Shown: positions 1-12,792 of the stretch, piece after piece | Numbering within the stretch: position 1 is the stretch's first letter | Layout: every line of letters starts with the position of its first letter | Assembly (NCBI GenBank): GCA_030141605.1 | Contig: JAQGDQ010000457.1 | Coordinates: 120,590 to 184,589, forward strand | DNA: 64,000 bases | Direction of reading: 5' to 3' | DNA from: Tubiluchus corallicola | Lineage: Eukaryota > Animalia > Priapulida | Made by a program: the position numbers and the translations under genes | The notes under the pieces: model-generated | Told to the model about the DNA's origin: nothing | Seen by the model: only the letters and a program-made list of their open reading frames with translations | Database searches by the model: none

Positions 1-29
1 GAGATTTTGCAAGCAAGTAATAATTTTAT

Positions 30-570
30 ATTTTTTTTATAATTTATAATTCATTGGGTGAAAGTACATTAACAAAATTATACGGTCGTTAACCACAAAG
101 TACCAGAGAAAACAAATATAAGTACAAGATGGTACCCAGCACATTACCAAACAAAAAACAAAACCAACATCAAACACTAATGTATGTCATAAATACAACT
201 TCACACACACATTCAACACACTAAAATTGATAACCAAGTTAACAATCCAGTTTTATAAATACAAAATTCTATAGTTTCCTCTTATTTACCTCTATATTAC
301 AAACATTTATTTATTGGGTTGCAAACAACTGTTAGTATTTCTAGATGTTTGCTCCCTATAAAAAACAAACATTTGTCAACATTGTTCGTATTAGTAAAAC
401 CGAGACATGCTTGAGATTTTAGTGAAGGAATTCTTTCTGTCAATTTTATATTTGTCGCAGTTCATTTAAAAATGTTGCTCATTTCTGTATCTGATCTTAT
501 GCATATATATATATGCATAAGATCAGATACTGAATATATATATACATTTCTAACTAGATTTAGGTACCTA

Positions 571-617
<47 letters not shown>

Positions 618-950
618 ATACTCGTTGAATAACAGAATGCTGTTAAGTTTATGTTGCCTTCCTGTTTCAATAGTTAAGGTATGTGAACTAATCTGGAATT
701 TTGCAAAAGCTGTTTTAGCCCTTCTTGGAATTTTCTGCGCTATTAAATAATTTTCAAGCTCAAACTCAAATTCAATAAAGTGGCAGTGTTTTTGGCTTTT
801 TTTTATTTGGACCAATGAAGAAACTATAATTTATTTGATCTTTTAATGGTTCCATTTTTCTTGCAGAAGACTCTGTGTCTACCTCACATTCAAGAGCTTT
901 GGGATTAGGTCCTTCCTTGTAAGTTTTCATGATTTTAGTTTACTGCTACT
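30..950 (-). mobile_element. Decayed 3' fragment of a non-LTR retrotransposon, interrupted by (TA)n
   Basis: Minus-strand peptide ELENYL...AFAKFQISSHTLTIETGR resembles the KFRISxHxLxIETGR motif at the C-terminus of LINE ORF2. Boundaries are approximate. Confidence 0.55.
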
Positions 951-1691
951 AAGCTTTCTTTAGTCATAGATATTCTGCGCAACAGATTCTGTGCGCGAAG
1001 TTTGACAAACAATTTACACGATTTTGTCTCTCTAAACTAGTCACACTTTATATATATTTTTTACTTATTTTGAAGTTTATTTCAGCACACACACTAACGT
1101 TATATAAAAGGAGCAAATTACACTAAAATTTAAAAACACTATATGTCATGCACTATTAAAAGAACTACTAATATATACAAAAAAAATGATTTAAAATTTC
1201 ATGGTGTAAGCTAAAAAGCTGCTGTTACTACATCAATAAGCTTGACCATCTCCTAAATATTCTGCTATATATAATGAAATTTGCACACTTGGTGATTCGT
1301 TGTCTTAAACTGAGTGATGCAGTAGTATTTAGAATGTTGTATGCTGTTTTGTGCACGTATTGTAGCATAACATTACATAACATAACATAAGCATAACATG
1401 TAGAAAACTTGTGAAGAGTAGTGTTGTAAGTGGTGCGGATCTTGGTTAAACTGCGTGCTTTGAAATTGTTTTATGTTAAACTACCATCTTATTTTTTTGT
1501 GTTTTTTTATTCTGCTATCGTGATATTTTGATATCGTGACCGATTCTAGCTGCATTGTTTGGTGCCATTGATTTAATTACAACCTATCTCTTAGATTCCA
1601 AAAATTTTCGTTCAGAGACTTCAACATTTTTCGGGTTGTTGTGGATCTGTGTGCTTAAGTTTGGTTTATTTAGCCGTTTTTGTATTTTCAG

Positions 1692-1818
1692 TATTACTGG
1701 CTCACAAGAAAACATAAATCGTGTCAGTTTAGCTAGCCCTAGAGGACGTCGTGGTAGCAAAAGTGAAAGTGAATTAAGTGGCGGCGGTAACGAGGTTATC
1801 CATGATTACATGAAACAG
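1692..1818 (+). CDS. CCM2: CCM2/malcavernin internal exon (ITGSQEN...SKSESELSGGGNEVIHDYMKQ)
   Basis: ttttcag acceptor and CAG|gtttgc donor. SESELS..E..DYM matches the start of the CCM2 harmonin-homology domain. Upstream exons lie outside the window. Confidence 0.85.
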
Positions 1819-2016
1819 GTTTGCTCATATGTAATACTATATTTACTCTTATTTGTTTTTTGTTACTATAAATAAGATGAATGATACTGAAGCAGCATGG
1901 TTCTCAGATGGAAAATGAAAACCGCTTGTTAGAATTTCACACGTGTTCTAACGTTCTGATTATCTAAGTTTTATATCCGCTTGTAACTTATGCATGTTAA
2001 CTTGTAAGTTATGCAT

Positions 2017-2507
2017 CTTCTTCCCAGCTTTTCCCTATTCGGGGTCGCCGTTGTGAATGAGTCTTCTCCACGCATTCCTGTTGTTGACCATCTCTTCAAT
2101 TATGTCTTCAATTTCCACATGATCTTCACCGACTCTTCTTTTCAGGTGTCCATACCATCGCAATCTTGCGAGGCGTCCACTACTTTTACTGTTCCTCTGA
2201 TATTATTATCTAATTTTATCTCTTCTTGTTATTCCCACCATTCATCTCAACATCCTCATCTCCACCACACCCATTTTCTTCTCTTCGGTCTTCTTTAGAG
2301 AAGCTGCTTCCAGCCCATAGATTAGAGCGGGTCTGACCACTTCTTTGTGGACTTTCCCTTTAAGTCTCACCGACTCATTCATAGAAGGTTTTGGCGCAGT
2401 TTTTAAAGGCGGAGGCCCTTCCTGACCCTAACCCTCCCTATTTATCCGGGCTTGGGACCGGTACTGAGTTGGGCTGGCTTGCCCCCCCCCCCCCCAGTGG
2501 CTAGGTT
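2017..2507 (-). mobile_element. Short non-autonomous RTE-clade retroelement
   Basis: Minus strand encodes [39 protein letters not shown] ttatgcat at 2009-2016 and 2508-2515. Second copy at 35095-35423. Confidence 0.7.
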
Positions 2508-2771
2508 TTATGCATGTTAAATTATGGGTGTTTTATCATTTGTTGTCTACATTACAGAATTACATTTTATAATATTGCTTAATAAATAAGTCGATACCCT
2601 CACAAGTAAGTCATAGAACGTCTTTTGAATTCATCGTATTTGTGTTCCACCAAACAGAGGAATCTTGTCAAAACATCTTTGATATTGTATCTCATAAAGG
2701 CTTTTTAAACAGATTTTTTCTTTAGTTTGTCATTTTTCACTTGTGTTGTGTTTTGTTTCTCTCGGAAGGCT

Positions 2772-3090
2772 TGTAGAGAAAACCAGAAAACCCGCCGTCA
2801 AATTAAACTAGTTTATTAAGCGAGAATTCTAAACACAAAAGTATGAGGAACAAATTACTAAAGTGAATCTGGAAAACGTTTAGGTATTAAAATGTAAGTA
2901 TACAGAGAATGTGTAGTGGCGTCCGTGTGAATCCGTGTGTCCTTCTCAGCGGCCTGCTTCGCCTTATATAGCGTGCTGAAGAAACTTCCAGAAGTTTTGT
3001 TCCAGAACATTCCAGACGGTAAGACGATCATTCCAACGGAACATTCTACAATGTTCTATGTAATTCTAATAGATGCCAGCAATCTCCACA
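2772..3090 (-). mobile_element. Possible solo LTR
   Basis: TG..CA ends with short inverted termini (tgtagaga/tctccaca); minus-strand TATA (ctatataag) upstream of AATAAA. No TSD found. Confidence 0.4.
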
Positions 3091-3151
3091 ACAACATGTG
3101 TTTATTTTAGTGAGCTTAATGGTTTATTAATTTTGTGATTTCTGTTTGCAG

Positions 3152-3290
3152 TTACATGCCAGAATGACCGGTCAAGAGTTGAGGCAGTTTGCAATCCTAC
3201 TAAGGAGGTGGCATACGGACCTACCATTTGGTGAATTTCTGCAGAAAGTGTTCGAGTTGTACGGGCCAGATAGGAAATACTTGTTGCCAG
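3152..3290 (+). CDS. CCM2: CCM2 exon (LHARMTGQELRQFAILLRRWHTDLPFGEFLQKVFELYGPDRKYLLP)
   Basis: tttgcag acceptor, CAG|gtacct donor, phases consistent. Matches the CCM2 pattern QEIQQFA.LL..Y....EF...L.QLYG.RKFLL. Confidence 0.92.
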
Positions 3291-3939
3291 GTACCTAGAT
3301 CTAGTTAGAAATGTCAATTATTTATACGGCATAAAATAAAATCACGACTGTAAGAGAGTAAGGACCAAAAGTGTGGATGTCTTTCTAAAGCAGTACTGCA
3401 AATATCAACTTGAAATGATTGTTAACTTGGGATAGAGGAGAGGGCAAATATATTTGTTTTGTGATTCAGCATTTGGGCTCCAGTGTCTTACAGATCTATT
3501 GTCACTGCTGAGAATGTTTAATTAGCAATGTACCACCCTTTTGCTGCAGTGCATTCACAGTTCATCCTATGACCAAGGCCCGAAAACTTGGTCAGCAGCA
3601 TCAATAAAGGAAGGGTTCACTTGATGGACATCCTTGTATCATATCTTTGTGCTTAATATAGATTCTTAGCAAGGGTTCCCAAGTAACAAAAATGTGCATT
3701 TTCCTAGCAAAATTTATTGTTTTATATGCTAATGTCATTAAGTGTTTATGTCATTAAGTAACTTTCCCTTGTTTGATTATTTTTATTTTACATCCTACAG
3801 CGAGTGAAGAAGTACAATTATTTACAATATGTTCAGAAACAAACATATTTCGTATGTTATTGAAAAATGCATTGAGGTCTTCGAGTTCAAGAATAACGTT
3901 GTTTATTTTTACCTGTATTTGTTTTTCAATGTACTATGA

Positions 3940-4438
3940 CAGGGGTGTGCAAACTGCAGCCCGCGGGCCACTTGCGGCCCGCCGAGAGAATTTGTGCGGC
4001 GCGCGAAGAGATTTGTCAACCTAATGAAAGTGCGGCCCGAGCGATTAATTGAGTGTATCCAGCTGAAGTCCGTGCTACGATCCCAAAGATAGTGCGGGTA
4101 GTTTTTTCTACTAGATCGGATGCCATTAACCCTTACAAGATGGTTGTAGCTTAATGTCACTGTACTACACAGATTGTGTGATACACATTACTAATATGCA
4201 TTGTAATGAAAGTACCACTATCTGTCCTGAAAGTAGAAATATATGGTTTGTAATATAAATTTTAATAACTTCTAAAATAGTTTCTTGAGTGTAGTAGTAA
4301 TGATGTACGCAGATCAGACGCAAAAAATCGTTATTAGGCCTTTCTGTACTTGGCTGCTTTATCAAACTGCATGTGGCCTGCAGGAATTGCGAGAAAGTTT
4401 AATGTGGCCCAGCTAGTCAGATAATTTGCACAACCCTG
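3940..4438 (+). mobile_element. hAT (Charlie-like) MITE, about 500 bp
   Basis: TIRs caggggtgtgcaaa / tttgcacaaccctg; 8-bp TSD tactatga/gactatga; inverted sister copy at 9310-9809. Confidence 0.85.
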
Positions 4439-4749
4439 GACTATGATGTCTATTCAGTGAAGTATTATGTCTGAATATTGAACATCATTTGACATACAGT
4501 AGTAGACATCTGAGCAAGCAGTTAATAACGATATATGCACATTTTTTGTTATACATAATATTCTAAGATTATGATTTTTTGTTGTTAATTTCTCTGATAA
4601 CTACATTCAGTGACGTGTGCCCGAATGTGAAGATTATCTTACTTTACCATGTTTTCACACGTATTACAGGCAGTTGGTATTGCGCAGACAGCCAGGAGGT
4701 CTATAACTCTTTCTGTATTCTGTTCTGTATTTAGCTTTTTATTTTGCAG

Positions 4750-4873
4750 AAATGCGACCCTTTATACCAGACAAGGATTGCCCTTACTTTGAGAATTTCT
4801 TGGAACGCATTGGTATTCGCAACAGTGACAGCAGTGGGTACCCTGTATACATTAAGCATGGTTCTCCTTCTAG
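4750..4873 (+). CDS. CCM2: CCM2 exon (EMRPFIPDKDCPYFENFLERIGIRNSDSSGYPVYIKHGSPSR)
   Basis: ttttgcag acceptor, TAG|gtacag donor. RPFIP.KD...FENFLE.IG is the CCM2 signature. Confidence 0.92.
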
Positions 4874-5897
4874 GTACAGCGGTTCTGCATGAGCTACTAA
4901 CACTTACTTACTCACTTTTCTTTTACAACCAACTTATTCGGAGGTTTTAATTTTCGGTTATCTAACACTGAATCTTAAAAAAAATAGTAATTTAATAAAA
5001 AGAAGCAAAACGCTTTTTGTTGCACAGTCAAATAAGAAAGTACTTTTGAGTTTACCGTTTATATGATTTAAGTTTTTGGATAGTTATATATGTTTAGCAA
5101 GTATGTTTGCATTACAAGCATTCTAAATTACATTTTAACTTTTAGTAGTATCTTCAGTATTAGTGGCTGTTAGGTACTGTAAGTGGCTTAAAAAAGTCTC
5201 TCGTTAATTACGATAATTTGCGTAGCGAGATAAATTGACAACCTGAGAATCCAGTGATTCATATAATCATTTGTTTATTAATAAATTAATAATCAAAATA
5301 AATACGCCTGTAGCACCATCGAGACCTTTTGTTTGATGTATAGATCGCTGCTAATGGTGCCGTCGTCAGAGCTGTAGCCTTGAATCTTTTATATATATAC
5401 ATAAATATAAAAACATACCAGTAGAGTTAATATATACGATATCATAACTGTAGTTCATGAATTTAGCATTTTGAAAGAAATCTAAGTGTCCGTGATTTAG
5501 TTACTGAAGTTGCACACATTTCCATGTGAACACCACAGTAAACAGTTCACGTGTTTTATCCTTTTTGGCTGTAGTATACTGTAATAATTTCATCATGATT
5601 TACCTCACCACTGCAGCAAACACAGCCTCGCACATTGTTAGCTAGATAATTAATAGTTAACTTTAAAGCTAATATCTTTGATATATGACATAAATGTATC
5701 ATAAAGTTAATGATATCTTAAACGATCGTGAAGCAATAAGTTTTTTTAGTAACATAACCTTCTTCATTTTTTCTCATTTCTCTACAGCATGCTGCAGCAA
5801 GGTTTTTTATCGCTTTGTTATTTCCCACTTGCAAAGCTGCTTCTGTTAAGGAAACTAATTTGTTCAAAATCACTGCAAAGAAATCACTGTGTTAAAA

Positions 5898-6543
5898 AGC
5901 ACAAGAAAACCCTCCGCTTACATTAAGCTTAAAAAATTCGTCTCGAAATTTTATACCACTTACATACTACCTTTTCGTATGCATGGCTTGCATCAGCCGT
6001 AATGCTGTGTAAAACAGGTAAATTTAAACTCCCGCGATAACCGTTAGGCACAGCTATTTTAATGGTAGGTCGTTTGAAACAAGTTTTGATAACATTGAGT
6101 AAAGTTTGAAAAAATAATCAGAGCATTCGTAGCATACATGTTGCTAATTAAGTAAAATTTTAAATTACTATATCTTGTCAATAAGATAAAAAATATGTTT
6201 TTGGCTAGTCAGCGACATTTTACCAATTGGCACAAACATTTTAAATTATTAGTCTAGTTACATAAGTCTTTCCAGCAGGTAATTAAAATGCTAAGTAATA
6301 TAGATTTGCATGGAAAGTTTTTTGGCTCATAATTTAACATTGCTTTTTCTTCCCCTGATTTACGTAGCGTAGTGACGTCATGTAATGGTGCCGTCGGAAC
6401 GGTATTGTGGGAGATTTAAAATGAAAACAAACAAAAATTCCTTTCAGAGCGAGTACGATGTAGGCATAAAATTGCTGTAAAGCAGTATAATTTTTTAAGG
6501 CAATTTTTCTGAAAGCTACTTCAGGTGCCCCTTTTCTTGTCTT
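5898..6543 (-). mobile_element. Kolobok/T2-like MITE (TTAA target)
   Basis: About 650-bp inverted copy of 14649-15297; termini agcacaagaaaa / ttttcttgtc flanked by TTAA-like sequence. Confidence 0.65.
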
Positions 6544-7221
6544 TTAAAACAAGCAGTGATAAGGAAAGTAGCTACTATGCTTCATCAGGTTTCAAGGCTT
6601 AAGTGGACCCTACACATGGCATCTCAACATCCGCGATATTGGTTGGCTTGCGTTAATGTAGTATTTCTTTGCGTTTTTTCACTTTGCGCATTTTCACTCT
6701 GCTCCAAATCATTCCATATTTTTTCCTCTTGATGCGAGTGTTAAAGAACCTCAATGCGAAATTAACACAAACGGTCTTTTGCTACATTACCATGCACTTT
6801 GCTGTTTTTGACTAATACTCTGCATGTGACTGTTTTCCTTTACCCACCTGCTCTGCTTTTGAGCAAGAAGGCAATTCAATTCCATCTGCTCTGCTGTTTG
6901 CATGATATCTAGTTAGCTATTGGTGTTTCTTCTTTCATTGTCAACTTGTCAACTTGAATGGATTTCATTTATTTAGTCCATAGAAGTCAATGCTTATTTA
7001 AGACAGGATTGTAAAATTTTAAATGCATTTGTGACTAATAGAATCAGGAGCTGTTAGTAATTTAGCATACTGGTAGTTAGTCTATAAGGCAAACTAAAAT
7101 AATTTGGAAATTTAATGTTCTTTCAGGGACAGTAAGCATTGCCATTTTGAATGTATTGGATTGACAACATTCACTGTTTTTTAAATTAATCGTGCGCGTA
7201 ATATTTTCTTATTTCTCACAG

Positions 7222-7426
7222 GCGAATAATGAACATACGCTATCAAGAAGAGTTTACGAGTCGGCCAGGTCAGAGTCGGGACAAAACACCCGGTTACAGT
7301 GAAAACTACTCGTATGACCGCGAGATTGCTAGTCAAATTAGATCTATGTCGGACGAGTTTCGTTCATATCACTCGCGCCAGGAACGGCGAGAACACGGTC
7401 CACGAAAGTCGCATTACAAGCCCTGA
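7222..7426 (+). CDS. CCM2: CCM2 terminal coding exon (RIMNIRY...YDREIASQIRSMSDEF...HYKP*)
   Basis: tttctcacag acceptor in phase 2 joins the previous exon in frame. DREIASQI resembles the CCM2 C-terminal helix. TGA ends at 7426. Confidence 0.75.
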
Positions 7427-7729
7427 CAAACGGAGTGGTTTCGTGAACTTTGAAAATGCCTCTCAAGTAAAATTAAATTTTGATTTTCTCACATTCATGC
7501 TTCACTAATGTAACGTAAATGTTTTGATAATTTAATTTTAGATGGAAATAGTAAAGAAGATTTTTGTTTTATAACTTCAGCCCGTTAGATCAGTAACAGA
7601 TTAGATGATTATTGCTTATCAGATGTGTAAAGAGGATGTTACTGTTTAGCAATCAGCCATTTCAGCAGTCATTACTAGAGTCAAAAGCAGATTTTCATTG
7701 ATTTATTATTAGTTTATTTGTTAAATCTA

Positions 7730-8272
7730 CAGTCGTGGCCAAAAGTTTGAGCCCACTTGTGATTACGACGTGAATTTTGAGCTTTTCTGGTATCCAATAC
7801 CACATATTTTCCCTCATGGTGGACCGATTCGTTCACACGATGGCTCATTAGGAAGGTAATTGAAAATTGCAAATAAATGTTTGTGTTGCGCATGCGCAGG
7901 ACTTACGAGATGATGACGTCATCGCGTTGATAAATTACTCACAGCGAGGATGACGTCATCAAGTCGGAGACATGTGCGCATGCGCAGTTGATCACTCATC
8001 CTCTTACCTTTCATTAGAATTACCATCCAACATAATCAGACGACTGGGGAGGAAGCTACTGCCGAGAGCGCGTCTAAGACAATTCAATTCCCGCAACTGT
8101 ACTGATGACGTCATCAATGCGATGATGTCATCATCTTGTAAGTCCTGCGTCAACACAAACATTTATTTGCAATTTTCAATTACCTTCATAATGAGCCATT
8201 GGTATTGAATACTAAAAAAGCTCAAAATTCACGTCGTAATCACAGGTGGGCTTAAACGTTTGGCCACGACTG
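7730..8272. mobile_element. Tc1/mariner-type foldback MITE
   Basis: TA|cagtcgtggccaaaagttt ... aaacgtttggccacgactg|TA, with long internal inverted arms. Confidence 0.85.
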
Positions 8273-9309
8273 TATATGTGGAATGTCTGTGATTTGATAA
8301 TAAGTTCTGTAGCTAATTACTAGGTAGTTATGTTAGTATAATTATGTAAGACTTTATTTTTATAATTGAAAGTCTATGTTTTATAAAGAATTAGGTAAAA
8401 AAGTACCTACTATAAAAATGTTAATTTTAATAAAGAATAGATATAAATGTGGTAAATTCATAATTAAACGATCACTGTGTCTTTCTTTATATTTTCACAA
8501 AAAGTGAAGATCCCTGGAAGTGGAAAAAGAAAACAGCAGAATCAAAATAAATAAGTTTCTATAGCAGAGACTGTATTATCAACATTCAACATAGCTGAAA
8601 GCATGTCCAACCAATCAGACATCGTAACAAATCAACTTTTATAGCTAGAATGGCATAATAAAATTATACATTCTCACCAGGCATGTGACAATTACTCCAG
8701 CAGCAATTATAGTAGTCTGCATGTAACTTTGCCACATTTACTCGTGTGAGAATGCAAGTACTGAGTGAATTTACAAGAGATTATAAGGATAAAAACAAAT
8801 TTAGCAAATTGTCGCAGAGTGCTCTAACAATCTGAGAACAAACTCTGGAGTTTGTCAGGCATTGCGCAAAATATTTTTAAAATCAGAAACAAAAGAAAAT
8901 TTACACCAAACGGCCTGAAAAATGAACCAAGCACATCTATTCATGAGTCGTACTGCCTATTGAGTGTTACTTAAATTATTATTTTAATTTAGCATTAGAT
9001 ATTACATAATGAACGTGCACTTCTGCTAAAATAACACCTAATATGTGCTTGTGTTAGTTAAAAGTTGGAAAATTTAACGAACAAATGGCATTCAGTGGTA
9101 GGGCAGAGTAAAAGTGCTGCTACAAAAGAGACGACATAACAACAAAAACACAATGTACATATTTGAACAAACGAGAATCAATTACTTTTGTACACAGAGA
9201 AAAACAAACTTTTGTCTAACAATAAAGTTATTGAAATGCTAAGATGGCAACGGAAATCAAAAATAAACCGAGTGTAGCAACAGGACGCTTGTCCAGAAAA
9301 CGTTTGCAC

Positions 9310-9809
9310 CAGGGGTGTGCAAATTATCTGACTAGCCGGGCCACATTAAACTTTCCCACAATTCCTGCGGGCCACAGGCAGTTTGATCATGGAGCCAAGT
9401 ACAGAAAGGCCTAATACAATTTTTTTGCATCCGACCCGAGTACATATTTACTACTAGACTCAAGAAACTATTTTAGAAGTTTTTTAAATTTATATTACAA
9501 ACCATATATTTCTACTTTCAGGACAGATAGCGGTAATTTTATTACAATGCATATTAGTAATGTGTATCACACTGTCTGTGTGGTACAGTGACATTAAGCT
9601 ACAACCGTCTTGTAAGGGTTAATGCCATCTGATCTAGTAGAAAAAAACTACCCGCGCTATCTTTGGGATCGTGGCACGGACTTCAGCTGGATACACTCAA
9701 TTAATCGCCCGGGCCGCACTTTCATTAGGTTGACAAATCTCTTCGCAGGCCGCACAAATTCTCTCTGCGGGCTGCAAGTGGCCCGCAGGCCGTAATTTGC
9801 ACACCCCTG
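9310..9809 (-). mobile_element. hAT MITE, second copy
   Basis: Reverse complement of 3940-4438; caggggtgtgcaaat TIRs; imperfect TSD tttgcac/tttacac. Confidence 0.85.
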
Positions 9810-10348
9810 TTTACACCATAAATAATTAAAGCTCTTAAGAGATGCCAAAAAAGTATTACATCAACACTTATCACAGCAAACAAAGTCAGACCATAGTGAT
9901 GACAGTAAGTGTACATCTTCACTGAATAAATACGAACAATTTTGAAATGAATAAAGAGGGAATGAGTTAAACTGGGTGGAGCATTTATCATCACCAACAA
10001 ATAACTATAGACAATGTATCAAAAACATCTAAACAATGTAATCTACATTTGAACTTATATACACATGAATATACAACGCATACCTGCCCTGCTGTGCAGA
10101 TAAGACCTAGCTTTGAAATTTGGCCATAAACAAAAACGGCATAAAGGTCAAAAATAACACATTCAAGGTACACAATATTGTAAGCAGAAATGTCAATAGT
10201 GCAAAGCGACGTTTTAGTCAACAAAAATAAGTCAGTGAATTAAATTATATGTCTTGACCCTGACGAATGGCCCAGCTGTCAGTAGAGTGTACCAGTGCAG
10301 ACGGTGCAATAGCTATAAATAGAGAATATGGCGATCATGTAGAGGTTA

Positions 10349-10417
10349 TCAGAACTCTTCCGGTTCACCTTCGAGCGGAAAACCATCTTCAGCCTCGTCT
10401 GGTGCGGCAAAACCTTC
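10349..10417 (-). CDS. MAPRE1: EB1/MAPRE last coding exon (EGFAAPDEAEDGFPLEGEPEEF*)
   Basis: ttttacag acceptor; EGF..P and the C-terminal EEF (EEY/F CAP-Gly-binding) motif. Confidence 0.93.
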   Translation of the reverse strand, partial: EGFAAPDEAEDGFPLEGEPEEF

Positions 10418-11436
10418 CTGTAAAAGTTCACATAAAAAAATTAGCATTTTGAAAATTAAAGATGACAATCCATATGGATGAGCAAGGTTCAATTTTGTAA
10501 TGATAAAAACATCCACAGCAATCAGTAAGACATAATCATAGAGGGCACCATCTAGTGAGAGAGATCTTTAACGACACAGATATGTAAAAATTCTTTATCC
10601 ACGAGATGTAAATGATGTCAGAGTCAATTACTAACCCACTATCGATATTTTGTCAAAAATGCCCGTGAAAAATGGTTCGTATTACACATAAAGCTGCAAA
10701 ACCAAGCAGTATAACATCAGACCATCGAATTGCATGGGCAGATGGGTTTCTTATCTGTCCTGCACAGTGACGCAAGTTCCGGGGCCGGATTATCCTATCG
10801 GCTAGCATAGGCTACAGCCTAGGGCCCCTCAAGCTTTGATAAAATTTGGTAAAAAACTACAGTTGAGCTGAAATATGAGCTAATTACAATAACTAGCAAA
10901 ATTGTGGTATTCTGGTAAGAATATTTTTATTGACAAACAAAAGATAGTTTTTTTAATTTATTTAAGAACTTGCAATAAGATTAGTTCAAGCGATGTAAAT
11001 GTAGGCAAAATATACCGTGAGTAAAAATATTCAAGATGGGTGGAGGCAAGTTAGAGGGTGGCTTCATCTCAGGGGTCACATAATTCCTTCAACCTAGAGT
11101 TTCCTTCTTTAAGGAAAGTGCGAAAAAAAGACGGCACAAAATACATCAGCAGGCAGGAATAGTTTAACTGGCAGAAAAGCTTTTGGTACTCGTCTCAGAA
11201 ACGAGGAATTCGCATTGTTCAGCATTGAAAAGTATGACCCACGAGCTTTCATCATCGACAAGTAACCAAAGACAACTTTCACACTTCAAACTAGACCAGT
11301 GTGCCACGCACAAACTCGACTGCTGTGCTCGTTAAGCCTTGTCGTTTAGCAGCTACTTACTAGTACTCAAGAAATTCACGTTCATAAAGAAATGCATTCA
11401 ACATTCAGAAGTACAGATGCACATTTAAAGCCATAC

Positions 11437-11589
11437 CTCAGTAGCGTATAATATTTCCATTATTTGTTTTAGCGTGGGGTTACTGTCTGGATCGTTGTCC
11501 TGACATAACACCTCGATATCCCGCAGCTTGCCAAAATAGAAATCTCGTTCCTTTTCTAGGCCGTCTAGGTTCGTTCTCATTTCCTCCAA
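11437..11589 (-). CDS. MAPRE1: EB1 exon, EBH domain (LEEMRTNLDGLEKERDFYFGKLRDIEVLCQ...ILYATE)
   Basis: Canonical LEKERDFYFGKLR.IE and ILYATE motifs; tttacag acceptor, GAG|gtatgg donor; 153 nt, phase 0-0. Confidence 0.96.
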
Positions 11590-12053
11590 CTGTAAATAAA
11601 CAATGCATGAAATAAATTTGATGTTTTAGTCAAGGATAAGTTCACTATACAAAAACAATACAGGAAAGGAATGGAAACTCAAACTGTTAAGTGTATTAAA
11701 TTACGCGTGAGGTTTAATTTCACACATTTTCTTCATTTATATTATTGCTCCATTGATGTTGGGCGGCACTACCAGCCAATAACCACTTTTTACATTTATT
11801 TTCCGCAAGTCTCAAATGATTAGTTACAAAACATCGCAGCAATTCTGAAACCTTATTTCCAGACAAGCATATGCTGTAGACAGCATCAGTGTAAAATTAT
11901 TATGTTTCTAAGCAGATTTGCTTTTATTTTTACATCTTTCCATAGTAGAAGTAGGGTAAATAAAATTTTTTACTATTTCGTCCAGTGTGTCAAAACTCGC
12001 AAGACTCAGCAACAAGAAACATCTTTTGCTGTATTATAGACATCATCTTTTAA

Positions 12054-12482
12054 CCCTTTCATACCCGTTGTATCCCGTGGGATACGAGAATATTTTCTGC
12101 CTTTAAAATTAATAAAATTTTAAAACTGACAGTTATTTGATCTGTTAACAGTTATTTTGATTTAAGCCAATAACAATAGACTAAAATGGTGATAAAATGA
12201 CAAACTAGAAAATCTACATAGCATAAAAAACTGCTCAAGGTACAGTAGTTTAGAGACGACTTTGTACAGATCAGCATAGCATGCATACTAAATGTCTTGA
12301 ATACTTTAAAAAATTATCAGCAGTTGCAAAATGAAGCACATTTTATGCTTCCATTGAATCCCAATGTATCCCGTGGGATACAGGCTATATTTAGCACGCG
12401 GGCACAGGTAGAAAAAACCTATATTATGTGTAAAGTACCAAGCCTATTATTCTTATTAAAAAATAATTTGGGACTGAAAGGG
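12054..12482. mobile_element. piggyBac-like MITE
   Basis: TTAA|ccctttca ... tgaaaggg|TTAA; internal repeat tgtatcccgtgggatac occurs twice. Confidence 0.75.
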
Positions 12483-12634
12483 TTAAATGAAATCAAATCT
12501 CACACTAAATTTAACTGCACCATTGTAATATGTTAAGCCATTCATTTTGAATAGAATTATGAATCACCGTGACAAAATTTAACTTAAAAGTTTTGTGAAT
12601 TAATTGTCAGTGAAATTAAGTAGAACAACAATAC

Positions 12635-12697
12635 CTGCGCTTGTGCGGGATGAACGGTTAATGTGAAGTTGGTTCGAGGTTTCTTAGCTGGAGCATC
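12635..12697 (-). CDS. MAPRE1: Candidate EB1 cassette exon, 63 nt (DAPAKKPRTNFTLTVHPAQAQ)
   Basis: Strong ccttcctttccag acceptor and CAG|gtattg donor; phase 0-0, stop-free; paralogous to part of the upstream exon. Confidence 0.6.
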
Positions 12698-12792
12698 CTG
12701 GAAAGGAAGGAAAGTCAGTGGAGAAAAGTTGCAGGAAAGACGAGTGGAAACAATTACAACGGCTCAGTAGGAAAAGCGACACTTTTACGTAC

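Noticed and set aside
487-530. Perfect 44-bp palindrome centred on (TA)n
   Set aside because: Lies in a decayed LINE fragment; most simply a local template-switch at a TA microsatellite.
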